NCBI RefSeq assembly: GCF_964194025.1
Contig: NC_134472.1
Span: 44,330,001-44,394,000 of the forward strand
Reading direction: 5' to 3'
Length of the DNA: 64,000 bases
From: Convolutriloba macropyga
Taxonomy: Eukaryota
Below, piece after piece: positions 1 through 13,326 of this stretch (its first letter is position 1; the number at the start of each line of letters is the position of its first letter). The position numbers were made by a program, and so were the translations under genes. Under the pieces are notes generated by a model. It had not been told where the DNA came from. It saw only the letters and a list, made by a program, of their open reading frames with translations, and searched no databases.

Positions 1-39
1 TTCATGATTTCTGCACTGTCTAATTCTTTCTCCTTTCAG

Positions 40-183
40 TACAAACTGTGCAAAGTAAGGAACCTGACTACTGCTCTGCGTCACGTGCCCTACATTTTGA
101 CACACGACGGAAGGACCATCCGATACCCTCACCCCGAAATCCGCAAAAATGACACGGTCATGGTTGAAATCGCCACGGGAAAG
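40..183 (+). CDS. RPS4: 40S ribosomal protein S4 (eS4), internal exon (5' part of gene is upstream of window)
   Basis: tttcag|TAC...AAG|gtactt; translates YKLCKVR...THDGRTIRYPHP...NDTV, typical eS4 motifs. Confidence 0.95.
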
Positions 184-332
184 GTACTTATTGCAGTGTG
201 TTTTCAGATTCAATAGGTAGAGTTCAGCGTCACTAGATAAAGTTTGAGATGAGTGTCTTAAATTTTTGTCTGCAAAATTACTGTAATATTAGCTTTGATC
301 TGTGAATCACAAATGCTGATTTATTGTTTTAG

Positions 333-471
333 GTGATTAAGTACATCAAATTTGAGCTAGGCAAGTTGGTGATGATCACTGGTGGTGCTAACATTGGGCG
401 AGTTGGTGTCATGCAGAGGCGAGAGAGACTGGACGGAGCCATTGACATCATCCACGTCAAGGACGCCATTG
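333..471 (+). CDS. RPS4: 40S ribosomal protein S4, penultimate exon
   Basis: tttag|GTG...G|gtcagt; IKFELGKLVMITGGANIGRVG...IIHVKDA (eS4 KOW region); phase-consistent with flanking exons. Confidence 0.95.
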
Positions 472-532
472 GTCAGTCAATTTGTTCTTTGATCTCTTGT
501 ATTTTGTTCCCAAACAACGTTTGTTCCTAACA

Positions 533-755
533 ACGAAAAACATTGATTAGCACTACCCTCAAAACAAAATCGCAAAAAATTTGCATTCATGGATGCAAAT
601 CTAACCCAATAACATTACGTTTTTAATGACCGCCATTTAAAAAACGTGAGGTTTTTGGGTTAGATCTGCATCTATGAATGCACATCTTGTGATTGTTGTG
701 CGCTGAGGGTTGAGTTTATTGTACTTTGAGGATAATGATAATCAATGTTGGTCGT
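533..755. repeat. Fold-back inverted repeat (hairpin) in RPS4 intron
   Basis: Core 582-682: tgcattcatggatgcaaatctaacccaa...acgttttt versus aaaaacgt...ttgggttagatctgcatctatgaatgca; outer pairs accctc/gagggt and aacattgatta/taatcaatgtt. Confidence 0.85.
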
Positions 756-1020
756 GGCGAAATGTTCAATAAGAAATTTTATGAGTTGTGTTAAAGCACG
801 GCTCTCAAAATTTTATGTTTGGCTGATGCATAAAGTGGTCCTTTTTTGAGGGGAGAATTTTAATAATGAAGATGTTCGAAGTCAGCAAATTCTGATGATC
901 ATTTCTGTTACCAAAAATTAGATCAGTTGGAAGTTCAGAGCTAGAGTGCGTCTTTCGGTGACATAACACAGCTGCTTTTGTTTTGAAAAATAGGTTGGCC
1001 TGATTGTAATTGTGTTTTAG

Positions 1021-1169
1021 GCAACTCATTCGCTACTCGAATCACCAATGTGTTCGTAATCGGAGAAGACAAGGCTCCCTGGATCTCGCTTCCCAAACTG
1101 AAGGGAGTGAGGCGAACTATTATGGAGGAAAGGAATGCCCGACTGGAGAAATATGCTTCTCAGAAGTAG
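1021..1169 (+). CDS. RPS4: 40S ribosomal protein S4, last exon
   Basis: tttttag|GC; (G)[14 protein letters not shown]...[23 protein letters not shown]...TAG stop at 1167-1169. Confidence 0.95.
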
Positions 1170-1862
1170 ATACTGATGTGAAGAAGTCAAAGGGTTCATC
1201 GCAACTGACGTGAACTTTCCTTCGGATATTAGACTGTCTGTTGTTTATTCCTCTGAATGTTATGCTACGGTGTGATAAAGCAACGATAGTTTAATATGCG
1301 TGAATCCTGATTTTTTGAATTTCATGTTCTCTGTTGTGATTGCTTTTACTGATGGGTAATTTAAACTTTGAGCTTGATCTGCCTTTTGTTTCCCGTTTTC
1401 TAATTCCCTATCAGTCAACGCGCAAAAAAGATCCATGCTAATTATTATGCTTAATGAATTAGACCTCGTTCCAGTAAACGGTATACCTTACACACGAATG
1501 TGACTTACGACAATTAATGAATCAGAAAAATGTCACGACTTGTAGTAGTACCCAACATATACCCAGAAATCTAATTTTCAGAACAAAATTTAAAATTGAA
1601 GAAATCATTATATAATAAATTGAAGCCAGAAATTGAATAGCCGGTGCGATCAAATTTTGAAATATCATTTTTGTATGCTAAATAATGTGAAATAGCATTG
1701 ATCATTTCGGCTCGTTGATCAATTTGGGGCTTAGGAAGAGGTTACTATACCATGCAATTTAATTCCGTTTCCATGCCATGCTGTGTCAATTAGTCATAAT
1801 AATCATAGCATGTACAGTGAGCACTGACTTTGTATTTTAGATTTGTATGCTATTGATATAAG

Positions 1863-2009
1863 ATGTCAGCACCAGCACCACCCGCAGCAGCAGCTAACCC
1901 GCAGAAGGCGGCAGCCAATGGCAAGACAGGAGTTGAGGAGGGTGCTAAGGCACAGGTCCACAAACTCAGAATCACCCTCACCAGCACAAACGTCAAGTCC
2001 ATTGAGAAG
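1863..2009 (+). CDS. RPS20: 40S ribosomal protein S20 (uS10), exon 1
   Basis: ATG...HKLRITLTSTNVKSIEK|gtaaat; 147 nt, phase 0. Confidence 0.95.
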
Positions 2010-3234
2010 GTAAATACAAAGTTATACTCAGGATTCGATCTTCCAAATCTTTAGAGACATGTGGTTATGATTTTAAAAAAATTAAATCGCTTTCGAAGTG
2101 TGATTTTTTGAACACAAAAATTACTTTTATAACCAACTGGTTGCAGTTTACAAGTGGAAATAAATATTTAGATTCTAATTTTTGTTACATTTTTGTTCTA
2201 TTTTAAATCAAGCAAAGAGGTTCCATGTTCTGATGAACTTAAAAATGAACAAGACGGTTTGTCCGCTATTGTGCATAGAACAGAATGTTCCGTACGTTTT
2301 GTCTGTCAAAAATTTTTCTTTGTTATGAGAGCAAAAGTTCTTTTGACTATGTTTTGAAAAACTCTATTTGATTTTTTTTGGAACAACCTTGATTAAAACT
2401 TTCTTTAATAAGAAAAATGAAAAAAATCACGACCCTCATTTTGATGTAATTTTAGCAGATATTAAACCACATGTTTTGTGAGTTATTTTTTGACATAAGG
2501 CAGCTACTGAGTTGAAGTTCAGCAAGAGCAATCAGTTGCAAAAAAACACATAGTAATTTGCAAAATAAATGTAAAGAAAAACTATGGTAAAAAACTATGG
2601 AATTAAAGTTTTTACATTTTTACTGAATTTTTGTTTTACATTATTTTTGAGTCATTTGGAGAAATGACGGTTTAAAGTCAACCAAGCATTAGTTGAGAAG
2701 ACGGAGGCAGTGTTAATAAGACAATCTACTTTGCTTTTTCCAAATAAGATTTTGCTGCTCGTCGCGTTACAAATACCCCATATGTGGGCAATTCGGTGAA
2801 TCATAGTCATAAGGAACCATTAATTAACTGGTTGACGTAATTTTGACTAGTTAGTTTTTTTGCAGAATTCTTGAAAAAGTTTCTACCTTCATAAGAAAAT
2901 CTCTTCTGTTTATTTCAAATGGAAATCTGAAGGACTCCTATAGAACTTACATTAAATCTGAAATGCCGATCGAAATGGAATCATATGAACATAGGAAACA
3001 TCAAAGTCAGGCGAAAAGTCAATTTAAGGCTGAAGTATGGAGGTTCGAAAAGAAAAACATTTTTTTGTTCTTTCTTTAAGAGTTTTCCTTTCCTGTTATT
3101 TTCGAATTCCCCTTAAATAACCAATTCTGTTATTTAATGACTGTTCAACACATAAAATATCAGAGGTTTTTAATGAGGAATTGACAATTTTTCAATTTGT
3201 ACTTCTGGATCTTATATTTTCCAGCAAATCAGTT

Positions 3235-3785
3235 TTCAAAGGAAATATGTGAGGTAGGTTTGAGTCTGAGCGCACTTTCGATCTTTCTCTTTCGTAACTC
3301 AAAGTGAGTATTGTTTCCATGTCTTTGTCGCTGTATCATGGAGTTAAGGATATTGAGGTAATTTGCACGCACTTAGTTTGTTTTAGAGGCCGAAGAAACC
3401 ACCAAAGAGATAAACAATAATTTACCGCTTTTTGTTTTTTTTGCCTTTTCCCAGGAAAAATTATTCTGAATTCTGCCTGTACCATCTAGATACGGCTTCT
3501 GGCAAATGAAAGAGAAACTAATTATTAGGCAGTGAATAGTTCTCAAAGGAAATATGTGAGGTGGGTTTGAGGCTGAGCGCACTTTCAATCTTTCTCTTTC
3601 GTAACTCAAAGTGAGTATTGTTTCCATGGCTTTGCCATTGTATCATGGAGTTAAGGATATAGAGGTAATTTGGACGCGCTTAGTTTGTTTTAGAGGCCGG
3701 AGAAACCACCAAAGAGATAAACGATAATTTACCGTTTTTTGTTTTCATTTTCTCTAGAAAAATTTATTCTGAATTCTTCCTGTAC
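3235..3785. repeat. Tandem duplication, unit about 305 bp, in RPS20 intron 1
   Basis: aaaggaaatatgtgaggt.ggtttgag.ctgagcgcactttc... at about 3238 and again at about 3545. Confidence 0.85.
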
Positions 3786-3810
3786 ATAAGGAGTGTCACA
3801 GTTTTTTATT

Positions 3811-4313
3811 AATAGCCGCACAGCGATAGCTGAGGCTATTATTGGCCTTCTCTTGGTTTTTTTTTTATTTCGTCGTCATGATTTTTGTTACGACCATATG
3901 ACGTCACAGCCATTTTTTGTTCATTCGTTCATGCAATTTCAACTGAATTGCATGTGTGACGTCATTTTTCGCTCTTAGTGGAGCGAGTTTTTTGTTCATG
4001 CGCGTGATTAAATTTTTGGTCACACTTGACTTACCTCACTCTCAAAAATGACTTCCTCACTTTGAAATTGACTTTTATTTACTTTAATTCAAAGAGATAA
4101 GGTCAAATGGGTGTGTATCACTCTAAATGAAGGTTATTTGAGATCAGCTAATGGAGGCAGTAATAACTTATACAGATTTTTAATCAAAATATAACAGATC
4201 AGCCTTCAATGAAAAGACGAATTTTTTTGGTCTGTCTTTTTTACTGTTTTTCTTAGACTGCCGATCTACGAATCTATTGCGGCTATTTTCTGGCAATCTG
4301 CCAGCTATGTTTT
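3811..4313 (+). mobile_element. Helentron/DINE-1-like non-autonomous element (HINE-like)
   Basis: 5' sub-TIR aatagccgc with nearby ggctatt inverted copy; 3' gcggctatt followed by hairpin ctggcaatctgccag and T-run; interrupts the second copy of the 305-bp duplication. Confidence 0.6.
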
Positions 4314-5290
4314 AGATACGGCTTTATAATACGGCTACTAGTTTTAATTTTTTTCAAGATTTGGAGGAAGAAGGGGATTGAGCGTTTTTAAACAAAACTT
4401 AGCTTTTATTGTCTGTTTATCTTTTTTGTTCCCATGTTCTGTAAAGATTTTTTTGGTTTGTCAAATCGAAAACCTATCGAACTGCAAGAAAATAAAAGGC
4501 TGAATTTGAAACAGGAGAAAAGAGCTCGCAAACTATTAAACAAATTCAGTTGTCATTGTAATACTTAATTTTTCATGAGGAATTCCTTTTGTTTTCAAAC
4601 AAATTTGTATGTGTAATCGAATATTATTATAGTCGTACAATGTTTTTTTATAATTTAATATCCTCCTATATCCCTACAAATTTTTACTTTTTTCAAGTTT
4701 TCCTTTCAATTTTTAAAACAGTTTCCCCTTTTCCAGCATGCATTAATATTCGTAGTTTTTAAATAAAAATCAAAACTAGCCTCTAAGGGCTACAAAATGT
4801 TGCTGCTCTTTTTTCTCTACGATGCGTAAAGAAAAAGTGAATTTATGAGTGAAGAAAAAAGCTGGCCTCGCATACGTATTTCCCCATTGGAAAAATGTTG
4901 GAACTTTTAAATACTAAGCAATACGCAATGTTTCACTATGAACCAATTGTATTGCGATGGCTTCCGAAATTTGTGGCGGGGGCAAAATCCTCAATTCTTT
5001 TCAGATTTTCCGCTGTGATTAAGTACGAAGAAGTGATAATGAAGTTAAAATATTTTGTAAAACGCTGTTGCAAGCTGCGCAGGCATAAAAACAGAATTAC
5101 TGACCTGGCATAAGTATAAGGGCGTTTTTGGAAACTCAGACAACCGTAATATTTAAGCCTTCTCTTGATCATAGTTATAACTTTTTAATCATTCTTTTAA
5201 GCAATGCGTTTTTATTTGATTTAGTTTTGCCAGCGCAACTGGCTCTATCCATTAAATTGTTTTGTAGTGAACAGATTCAATTGTTTTTAG

Positions 5291-5425
<135 letters not shown>

Positions 5426-5554
5426 TAAGCAATTATTTGGTAATGGTAACACAGATGAATAATGTAAAAATGTGAAGAGATATGAAAAAAGTTTGCTCTG
5501 CAAGCAAAAATTTTTGTCCATGTGCAACAATTTCAATGCAGTTTTTCAGATTCA

Positions 5555-8500
5555 ATAATAATAATAATAATCGAATTCGTCTTGAACAATTAAAATTACA
5601 AAAATTAACATCGATAGGTATATACATAGTCAAGACTGGACTAGCCGGAAAGCCTGCTTAAGGCTTGTTGAAGGCAGCCCAAGAGCATTTGATTCAATTT
5701 TAATTATCACAAAAATTAAGCATTATTATTAAAGTTAACATGAAAATTGTACAAAATATGAAACATTATGAGGATGAAGATAAACAGAGAAAACTAAAAG
5801 TAAAACGAGAAAAAAACAGATTAAGGTTAAATAAATTCCATTTCAACGATGCAGTCCAGGACAGCCTCAAGCCCGCGAGAGACACCTCCCAGCGCAATGA
5901 GGATGAGTAGTCTAAGTACAGTTCTTGAATGATAAGAATGACTTTCGTTTGAACAACTCGTATATGTGTATTTCAAACACCGATGCAATTTTTAATTTCT
6001 CCAGTTTATCAGAAATGCTGTCACGATACCTTTTTTGAAAAGCTATTCTCATAAACCGTTTTTGACTTTTGTGAATTACACAGTGATTGCTTTTCTTCAC
6101 GCAATTATATATAAGAATCCCATATTGCAAGACCGGTTGTACATACGTTTTATAATTCATAAGCTGATTAATCGTCATTACGTCACGCAACTTATAGACA
6201 ATTGCGCAGAATTTATTCATCTTTTTCCGTATATACTCAATGTGTCTGAAAGAAAGTTTGTTATCCAACCATATTCCTTAAACATTTGCAAGAATCCACA
6301 CTTATTAAAAATGCATCGGAAAGTTTTAGTGAGATGTCGTCTTTAGCAATGCAAAATCTGAGCAATTTAGATTTCGTAGCCTTCACGGTTACTTTGTTTT
6401 ATTTCATCCAATGATCAACTCTTTCGATATCTTTCTGAAACTCCTCGTTGCTTGCAAGTGGATTTTTTACTATTGCTGTATCATCAGCAAAGAGTGTTAC
6501 TGAAGAATTGAAGGCAGCATGCGGCGGATCATTGATATATATCAAAAACAGCAGTGGACCCAAAACTGAGCCCTGGGGAACCCCACATTTGACCTGGCGT
6601 TTTGTACTCAGTGTTATTAATATGTATATACTGATAGCTCTCTGACAAGTAATTTTTGAGCAGGCAAAAGTTACAACCTCGAATTCCGTAGTTCTCAAGT
6701 TTTCCTAGTAAAATAGAGTGATCAACGCTATCAAATGCTTTCTGCAGATTAAGTAAAAGCATTAGTGGATCTTTCAAATTTTTCATATTTCTGATCTCTT
6801 CAACTAACCTAAGAGTGTTCAATTTAGACCTAAATCCAAACTGATTAGCATTGAGCAACTCAAAATGTTCAAAATAATTAATAATTCTGTTATAGATAAT
6901 ACGTTCAAACGCTTTTGCTAATGATGGGAGTACTGAAATTGTTCTGTAAGTTCCATACTCATTGACATTACCATCTTTGTGGAGGGGATTTACTTTTGCA
7001 ACTTTAAATTCGTCCGGGAAAATTCCAGTTTTAACACAGTTATTGAACACATTAGTTAGTGGTTCACTTATAAGGGGACAACAAAGTTTTAACATTTCGG
7101 AGGATATTATGACCATAGCTGTTTTTACCTTTTATGTTTATAATTACGTTTTCCACCTCATATTTAATTTCACTAAAAACAGATTTTGGTTGCCTTTCTA
7201 TGGGTACTTTTTCTACTTTTTCAATTTTGGCATTCAGTTCTGTGCCAATGTGTGCAAAAAACTTATTCATATCATTTGCGACATTTGAGTCAAAATTATG
7301 CGGCAAAATCAGTTTTCTTTTTGATCCAATTATATTACTGATGGTAGTATGATATTGTTTTGGGTCTGCATTTTCCAATTTAGTTCTCCAGTAAGCTCGA
7401 TATTCTTTACGAGATAGTGCATTACATTTCTTGAAATCTTAAACTGCTCAAAGTTGTCTGTTGTCGGATTTTTAATATATATTTTGTGGAGCTCATTCCT
7501 TTTCCTTGATGCACGCAGTTCTTGATTTGTTACCCAGTTCTTACGCGCCCTTTTGATTTTTGTAAGTGGACAAAATCTGTCGAAACAATAGGTAATTACC
7601 TCATTAAGCTTTACGATTGCTGTATTGGGATCGGTATCACTAAACGCGATATTCCTGAGGTTTTGGCTCATTAGAAACTGCAGTCTTAACCTATTATCAA
7701 GGTTATTAAAAACCTTTAGATTTCTTGTGAAGAAACTGCGTTCATTTTCTTTTAATGTTTATGCTATGGGTCAACTTGGTTTTCTCGAAAGATTTTAACA
7801 AATACTTGTGCGGTTGGGAGCAATTTTGACCTGGATGAGGTCCATCATTGATTATACGCATACAATGTTGACTGTTATTTTGCGAATATTTGTTTCGTAA
7901 ACGGCATTCGTAAAAATATTTTAAAGAAATAGCTGACTTTTTTAAATGCTTTTCCTTTTTTTAAAAATTGGATGCCTTGATGGTTTTAATAGTTTATTTC
8001 GGCGAATTTGTGTTTACGGTATAAGTCGACTTACACTTTCAGTCCATTCAGAAGTCCTTCAGCTAAGTATATTAACATCATGTAACATGTTATTATACTT
8101 TTTCCGAGAGTTTGAACTGTTATAGCGGTGTGCTTTTCTTTATCTGTTTACTTTCTTTGGCTAATTTTTGTCGACAATGATAGATAGTTTTTGTCGACCT
8201 TAACGCGGGTAGTTTTAATGCTTTAAAATTTTTTCAAAGTGAAGTGAGAAAACTGAGCAAAGTTTTGTGGAACTTCTGTTTTTACTGTTTTGTCGTGAAT
8301 GTTTTTAGAAGATGATACAAGTTTTGTTTTGTTATAGTTCCAGGTTTTTGAGCGGCTGAGCTGGCATCTAATGATTTCTATTGTTTATGGAATTTAGGAT
8401 CTTTTGTTTCTTACTTTTTGATGTCCTTTCATTGGTTATCTATTAAGAAATAAAAGTGTATTGGTGCTTTCAGTTCTCATCTTACAGTTTGAAGGACTTT

Positions 8501-9540
8501 GACAGTATCTGCTTTCCAAAAACAGATATTTGTTTTGACCGCGTTTGTAGTTTTCTTGTCACTTATTTTACTCTCTTTAAAGGATTGGTTCTGAAGCATC
8601 ACATAATTGAACTATTTAATGGTTTCAAGTAGTTTTAAACTGTTTTTTCGACTTTGAAGCACTGTTTTTACCAATATCAGACATTTGTGAATTTTGCGTC
8701 GACTTTAAAATGGGGCCAAATTGAATGGTTTATTTTCATATCTATCGTTTTCCACGGTTTTAGCACTAACCGTTATCAAAACTATCTAAATTTTTGAGGT
8801 GAGCTTTTGTTCTGCCACTTTTGTCCTATTATTGACAGGTCTCTGTGGTTTACCAGTGAGACATAGGTGAATATAGATAAAGGTTTCGGGTTCAAATTGT
8901 TTTTTTATTTCTTCGACACTTTGTTTTCATGACGTTTTTGTGAATCTTTAAAGTTTTGCTCATGTTTGCTGTTCTTTGTCTTGCCTTGTTTATTAATCTC
9001 ATGAATTACCATCCTCTTTCTTTTTCCAATTATGCCATATTGAGTCCTCAGTTGTTCTCGTTTATGGCTTATCGCTTTATTGACTTGACGTTGTTCTTTT
9101 TTTGAAATTTGTCATTTTTTGTTGCCTGCATTTGATGTTACGTTGTCAATTTGTATTTTTTTAAAGTTTGTAATTAATGGTTTCTCATAAAGAATTTCTC
9201 AAATATCTTATCGGTAAAATTCGTATTTTGATGAAAGTCTTGTTTAGTGTCATTTTTCTTTATCTCATTGGCTACAATGATCATGTACGCTGTATGAGGT
9301 CTCTTAGTGTAAATGTAGTCAAACGAGTTTATCACTGACTTCTGCCATTCAATACTCGACATTGTGTGCTGGAAGTCATTTGTGTCTCTTGTTTACGAGT
9401 TTCCTTTTGGAATGATTTCTGCTTAATTATTGATTCTAAAAACATAACGTTAAGTTGCGTAGAAGTTGATCCAAAGTCACCGCAAGTAGAATTTTAAGTA
9501 ATGTAGTTTTGAAAATCCAATAGTCTTGCAATCACTGTCC
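5555..9540 (-). mobile_element. Degenerate non-LTR retrotransposon (LINE, CR1/L2/Jockey-type RT) in RPS20 intron 2
   Basis: Frameshifted RT pieces: FPDEFKVAKVNPLHKDG...QFGFR...LNLQKAFDSVDH (6529-7116), GVPQGSVLGPLLFLIYIND...LFADDT (6399-6698); (TTA)n tail at 5555-5571; 5' boundary approximate. Confidence 0.85.
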
Positions 9541-9569
9541 TGCAATGTCGCCTGAAATTTTGAATTTTT

Positions 9570-12500
9570 AATAGCCGCCCTCATCTCAGCCGGCTATTAT
9601 AGCGCTCCTATTTTTTACAATTCGAAGAAGTTGAAATATATTGGGGCGCTGTCTTTTTAACAATCCAAGAATTGGATTGTATTGGTGCTCTGTCTTTTTA
9701 CAATCCAAGAATTGGATTGTATTGGTGCTCTGTCTTTTTTTTTATTTTGTAAGATGTTTTCACACCTGTTTTCATGACTTTGAGCTTTCAAAACGGGATA
9801 AACAGGTAAAGCTCAGCGGGTATCAAGTTTCATTAGAGGCCCGCGTTTAGTAGTCCCTCGAGTACTCAGAGTGGTGACGCTACTGGGAAGGCCGTAATTC
9901 AAGGCTAAAAGGTCATTTTTGGGAGTTTTTGAGCCTAAAATAATGATTTTTTTTAGCACTTTTTTTGTCATTTTTTTGGATTTTTTGTTAGACCAGTCTG
10001 AAACTGAGGCGTATTAAAGTTGATAAAGGTCCTTTGCAAGACGTGATTGCTTTTTAGGGCCACTTTAAGCGCTATATCTATTGCTACTCCAAACATGAAC
10101 ACGGTAATTTATACTAAATTTTTCAAATTGTTTGAAAGTTTTTGTCATTTTTTGAGTTGTTTCAGACTTTGATGTCAAAAAAGCTCCTCTGGGATTTATC
10201 AATATGTTATTCCATAGTTTCTAGTGGTAATGGAGTGGTTTTGAACATTTTAACTTCATGAATTTTACCAATTTTTTTAATCAAACTTGTTTTTTTTCAA
10301 ATTTTATGACATTGTCATTATTCAAGTTTTCCAGCCCCAGGGGGCAAGAAGCCTCGTCTAGGGTTTGCTAACAGTTTACTGAAAATATTTTTGGCCATGG
10401 TATTCAATGGTATTCAACATTTTAATATCTTTTACCAATTTTTTGATAAAGTTGCATTTTTTTTAAATTTTTTGAAATTTTTATTCAGTGGCCAGGGAAT
10501 CTATGGGGTTTGCTAGTATGTTACTACATAGTTTCTAGGGGCAAAAAAATAGTTTCCAATTTTTTAATTTTGCAATTGTGGGGAATTTTTTAAATAAAGC
10601 TTGCAATTTAAAATTTTTGATTGTTTTCAAATTTGTCGATTTTTTTGTTATTCTCTGAGTTTGACTATCTTTACTGGCCAACGAAACTTTTTAAATAAAG
10701 TAAATGGTTTACAAAACAGAACTCTAGAGTAAAAAAAAAACGTTTTGACCTTTTTTATAGCCCTATTTTTGGAATAATTCTCTTCTCAGTTTCTTGATGC
10801 ATTTGTCATATTGGTCCAGTTTATCTACTTTTAGTGGCAGATTCATCTCTTTCAAGGTTTTTGCGTGAGTTAATGAGTATTTTGAAATGAGTCGTATATG
10901 GCCTTCAAGTTAAATCTTCAAGGGTTTTAGCAATGATCGTTTTTTTGTATAGTTTGATTCTTTTAGTTTCTCAACTTTTGAGATTTTGTCTTGTTGGCTG
11001 GAATTGTTCAATTGATCTGCTGGTCAGGTTCATTAGGTCTGTCTTTCATTCATTTTTTTGGATTGTATTTCAGGACCTGTCCTATGTTTTTTTAATTTTT
11101 GTAAGATGTTTTCACACCTGTTTTCATGACTTTGAGCTTTCAAAACGGGATATACAGGTAAAGCTCAGCGGGCATTAAGTTTCATTAGAGGCCCGCGTTT
11201 AGTAGTACCTCAAGTACTCAGAGTGGTGAAGCTACTGGGAAGGCCGTAATTCAAGTTTAAACGGTCTTTTTTGGGAGTTTTTGAGCCTAAAATAATGAAT
11301 TTTTTTAGCACTTTTTTTTGTCATTTTTTGGATTTTTTGTTAGACCAGTCTGAAACTGAGGCTTATTAAAGTTGATAAAGGTCCTTTGCAAGACGTAATT
11401 GCTTTTTACGTTCAATTCAAGCGCTATATCTATTGCTACTCCAAACATAAACACGGTAATTTTTTCAAATTGTTTGAATACTAATTTTTTCAAATTGTTT
11501 GAAAATTTTTGTCATTTTTCGAGTTTTTTCAGACTTTGATGTCAAAAAAGCTCCTCTGGGGTTTAATATTAGGTTACTGCATAGTTTCTAGTGATAATGA
11601 AGTGGTTTTAAACGTTTTAACTTCATGAGTTTTACCAATTTTTTTAATCAAACTTGTTTTACTTTTTCAATTTTTCTGACCCTTATTGTCATTATTCAAT
11701 TTTTCCAGCCCCAGGGGTTAAGAAGCCTCATCTGGGGTCTGCTAACAATTTACTGAAAATATTTGGCCATGGAATTGTATTCAACATTTTAATACCTTTT
11801 ACCAGTTTTTTGATAAAGTTGCAATTTTTTTCTTTAAATTTTTGAAATTTTTATTCAGTGGCCAGGGAACCTCCTATAGGGTTTGGTAGTATGTTACTAC
11901 GTAGTTTCTATGGGCAATAAAATAGTTTTCAAATTTTAATGATGCAATTGTAGGCAATTTTTTAAATAAAGCTTGCAATTTAACTTTTTCGATTTTTTTC
12001 AAATTTTTCGATTTTTTTTGCTCATTCTCTGATTTTAACTTTCTTTACTGGCCAACGAAACTTTTTAAATGTTGTAGACGGTTTACAAAACAGAACTCCA
12101 GCGTCAAAAAAATGTTTTGACCTTTTTTATAGCCCTATTTTTGGAAATTTTCTTTAAATTTTCTCTTCTCAGTTTCTTGATGCATTTGTCATGTTTGTCC
12201 AGTTTATCTACTTTTAGTGGCAGAGTCATCTCTTTCAAGGTTTTTGCGTGAGTTAATGAGTATTTTAATATGAGTGATATATGGCCTTCAAGTTAAAAGC
12301 TTCAAGGGTTTTAGCAATGATCGTTTTCTTTTTGTTAGTTTGTTTGATTCTTTTAGTTTCTCAATTTTGTCTTGTTGGCTGGGATTGTTCAATTGATCTG
12401 CTGGTCAGGTTCATTAGGTCTGTCTTTCATTCAATTACTTGGATTGTTTTTCAGGACTTGTCCTGCTATGTTTTTTTTTGTTAAGATCTGTTCACACTTT

Positions 12501-13326
12501 TTCATGATTTTTGAAGTCAAATTGGAGTAGTGATTTTGGTCACGCCGAAACAGGAAGTGGAGCGAAAATGCGAGTGGTTTTGCGGCGTGAATTTTTTTCG
12601 CTCTAAATTTAAAGTAGTGTGAGAAAACGGCGTTTGAACAAAAATTCGCTTTCTCGCTAGTGGTTTTTTGTTCACATGCGGCCATTTCAGTTTGATTTTT
12701 ACTGTTTTTTCGATTTTTGGGATCGGATTTTTTTCTAAATGGTTTTTCCTAATCCATTCATAGTCCTTTCTAGGTCTAGTTTTCTGTTTAGTTAATGAAA
12801 ATTCTTTGAATTGTACGTCAGGACTTGTCCTGCTATGTTTTTTTACTTCGTCAAATATAAAAATGTTTCGCTTTACCTCATTTTGCCGCTTTTTCAACAT
12901 TTTGCGTGATATCTTTTTGACTTCTCTAGGCTAGTTTCTCTCTTCTCTCATTCTGCTAAAAGTGATTTTGAACATCAGTTGCTCAGCAAAGCATTTCAAA
13001 ATGAACAGAGTCAGTATAAAAATTGAAGTCAAGTAGAAACGGGATAAACCCATAAAGCCCAATTTTAGATGCCCGCTGTTTGAACGTTTTTCCTATAAGT
13101 CTTAGTTACCATCTCTAATGCTTATTGGTTTTGATAGTAGCCCCTGTAGCCTCTCTCTAAGAAAAAGAAGTACGGTATGTTCAACTACGAAATGCCATCA
13201 AAATAAATCGGACTTAAAAAATGTTTTTGTACAAAAATCTTTTTTTTTCAATATCTTCTATTCTTTCAATCCCAATCATGCTTATTGGAATCAACGGCGG
13301 CTATTTTACCGCAATCTGCCGGGTTT
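9570..13326 (+). mobile_element. Large HINE/DINE-1-like element carrying an internal ~1.35-kb tandem repeat
   Basis: aatagccgcc at 9570 with local ggctatt inverted copy; ggcggctatt at 13296 followed by hairpin-like ccgcaatctgccgg. Confidence 0.55.
9745..12480. repeat. Tandem repeat, 2 copies of ~1350 bp
   Basis: gtaagatgttttcacacctgttttcatgactttgagctttcaaaacgggata at about 9749 and 11101; colinear throughout. Confidence 0.9.

Noticed and set aside
820-900. Possible C/D-box snoRNA in RPS4 intron (tgatgc...ctga)
   Set aside because: C box is non-consensus, there is no terminal stem and no convincing rRNA guide could be established by eye
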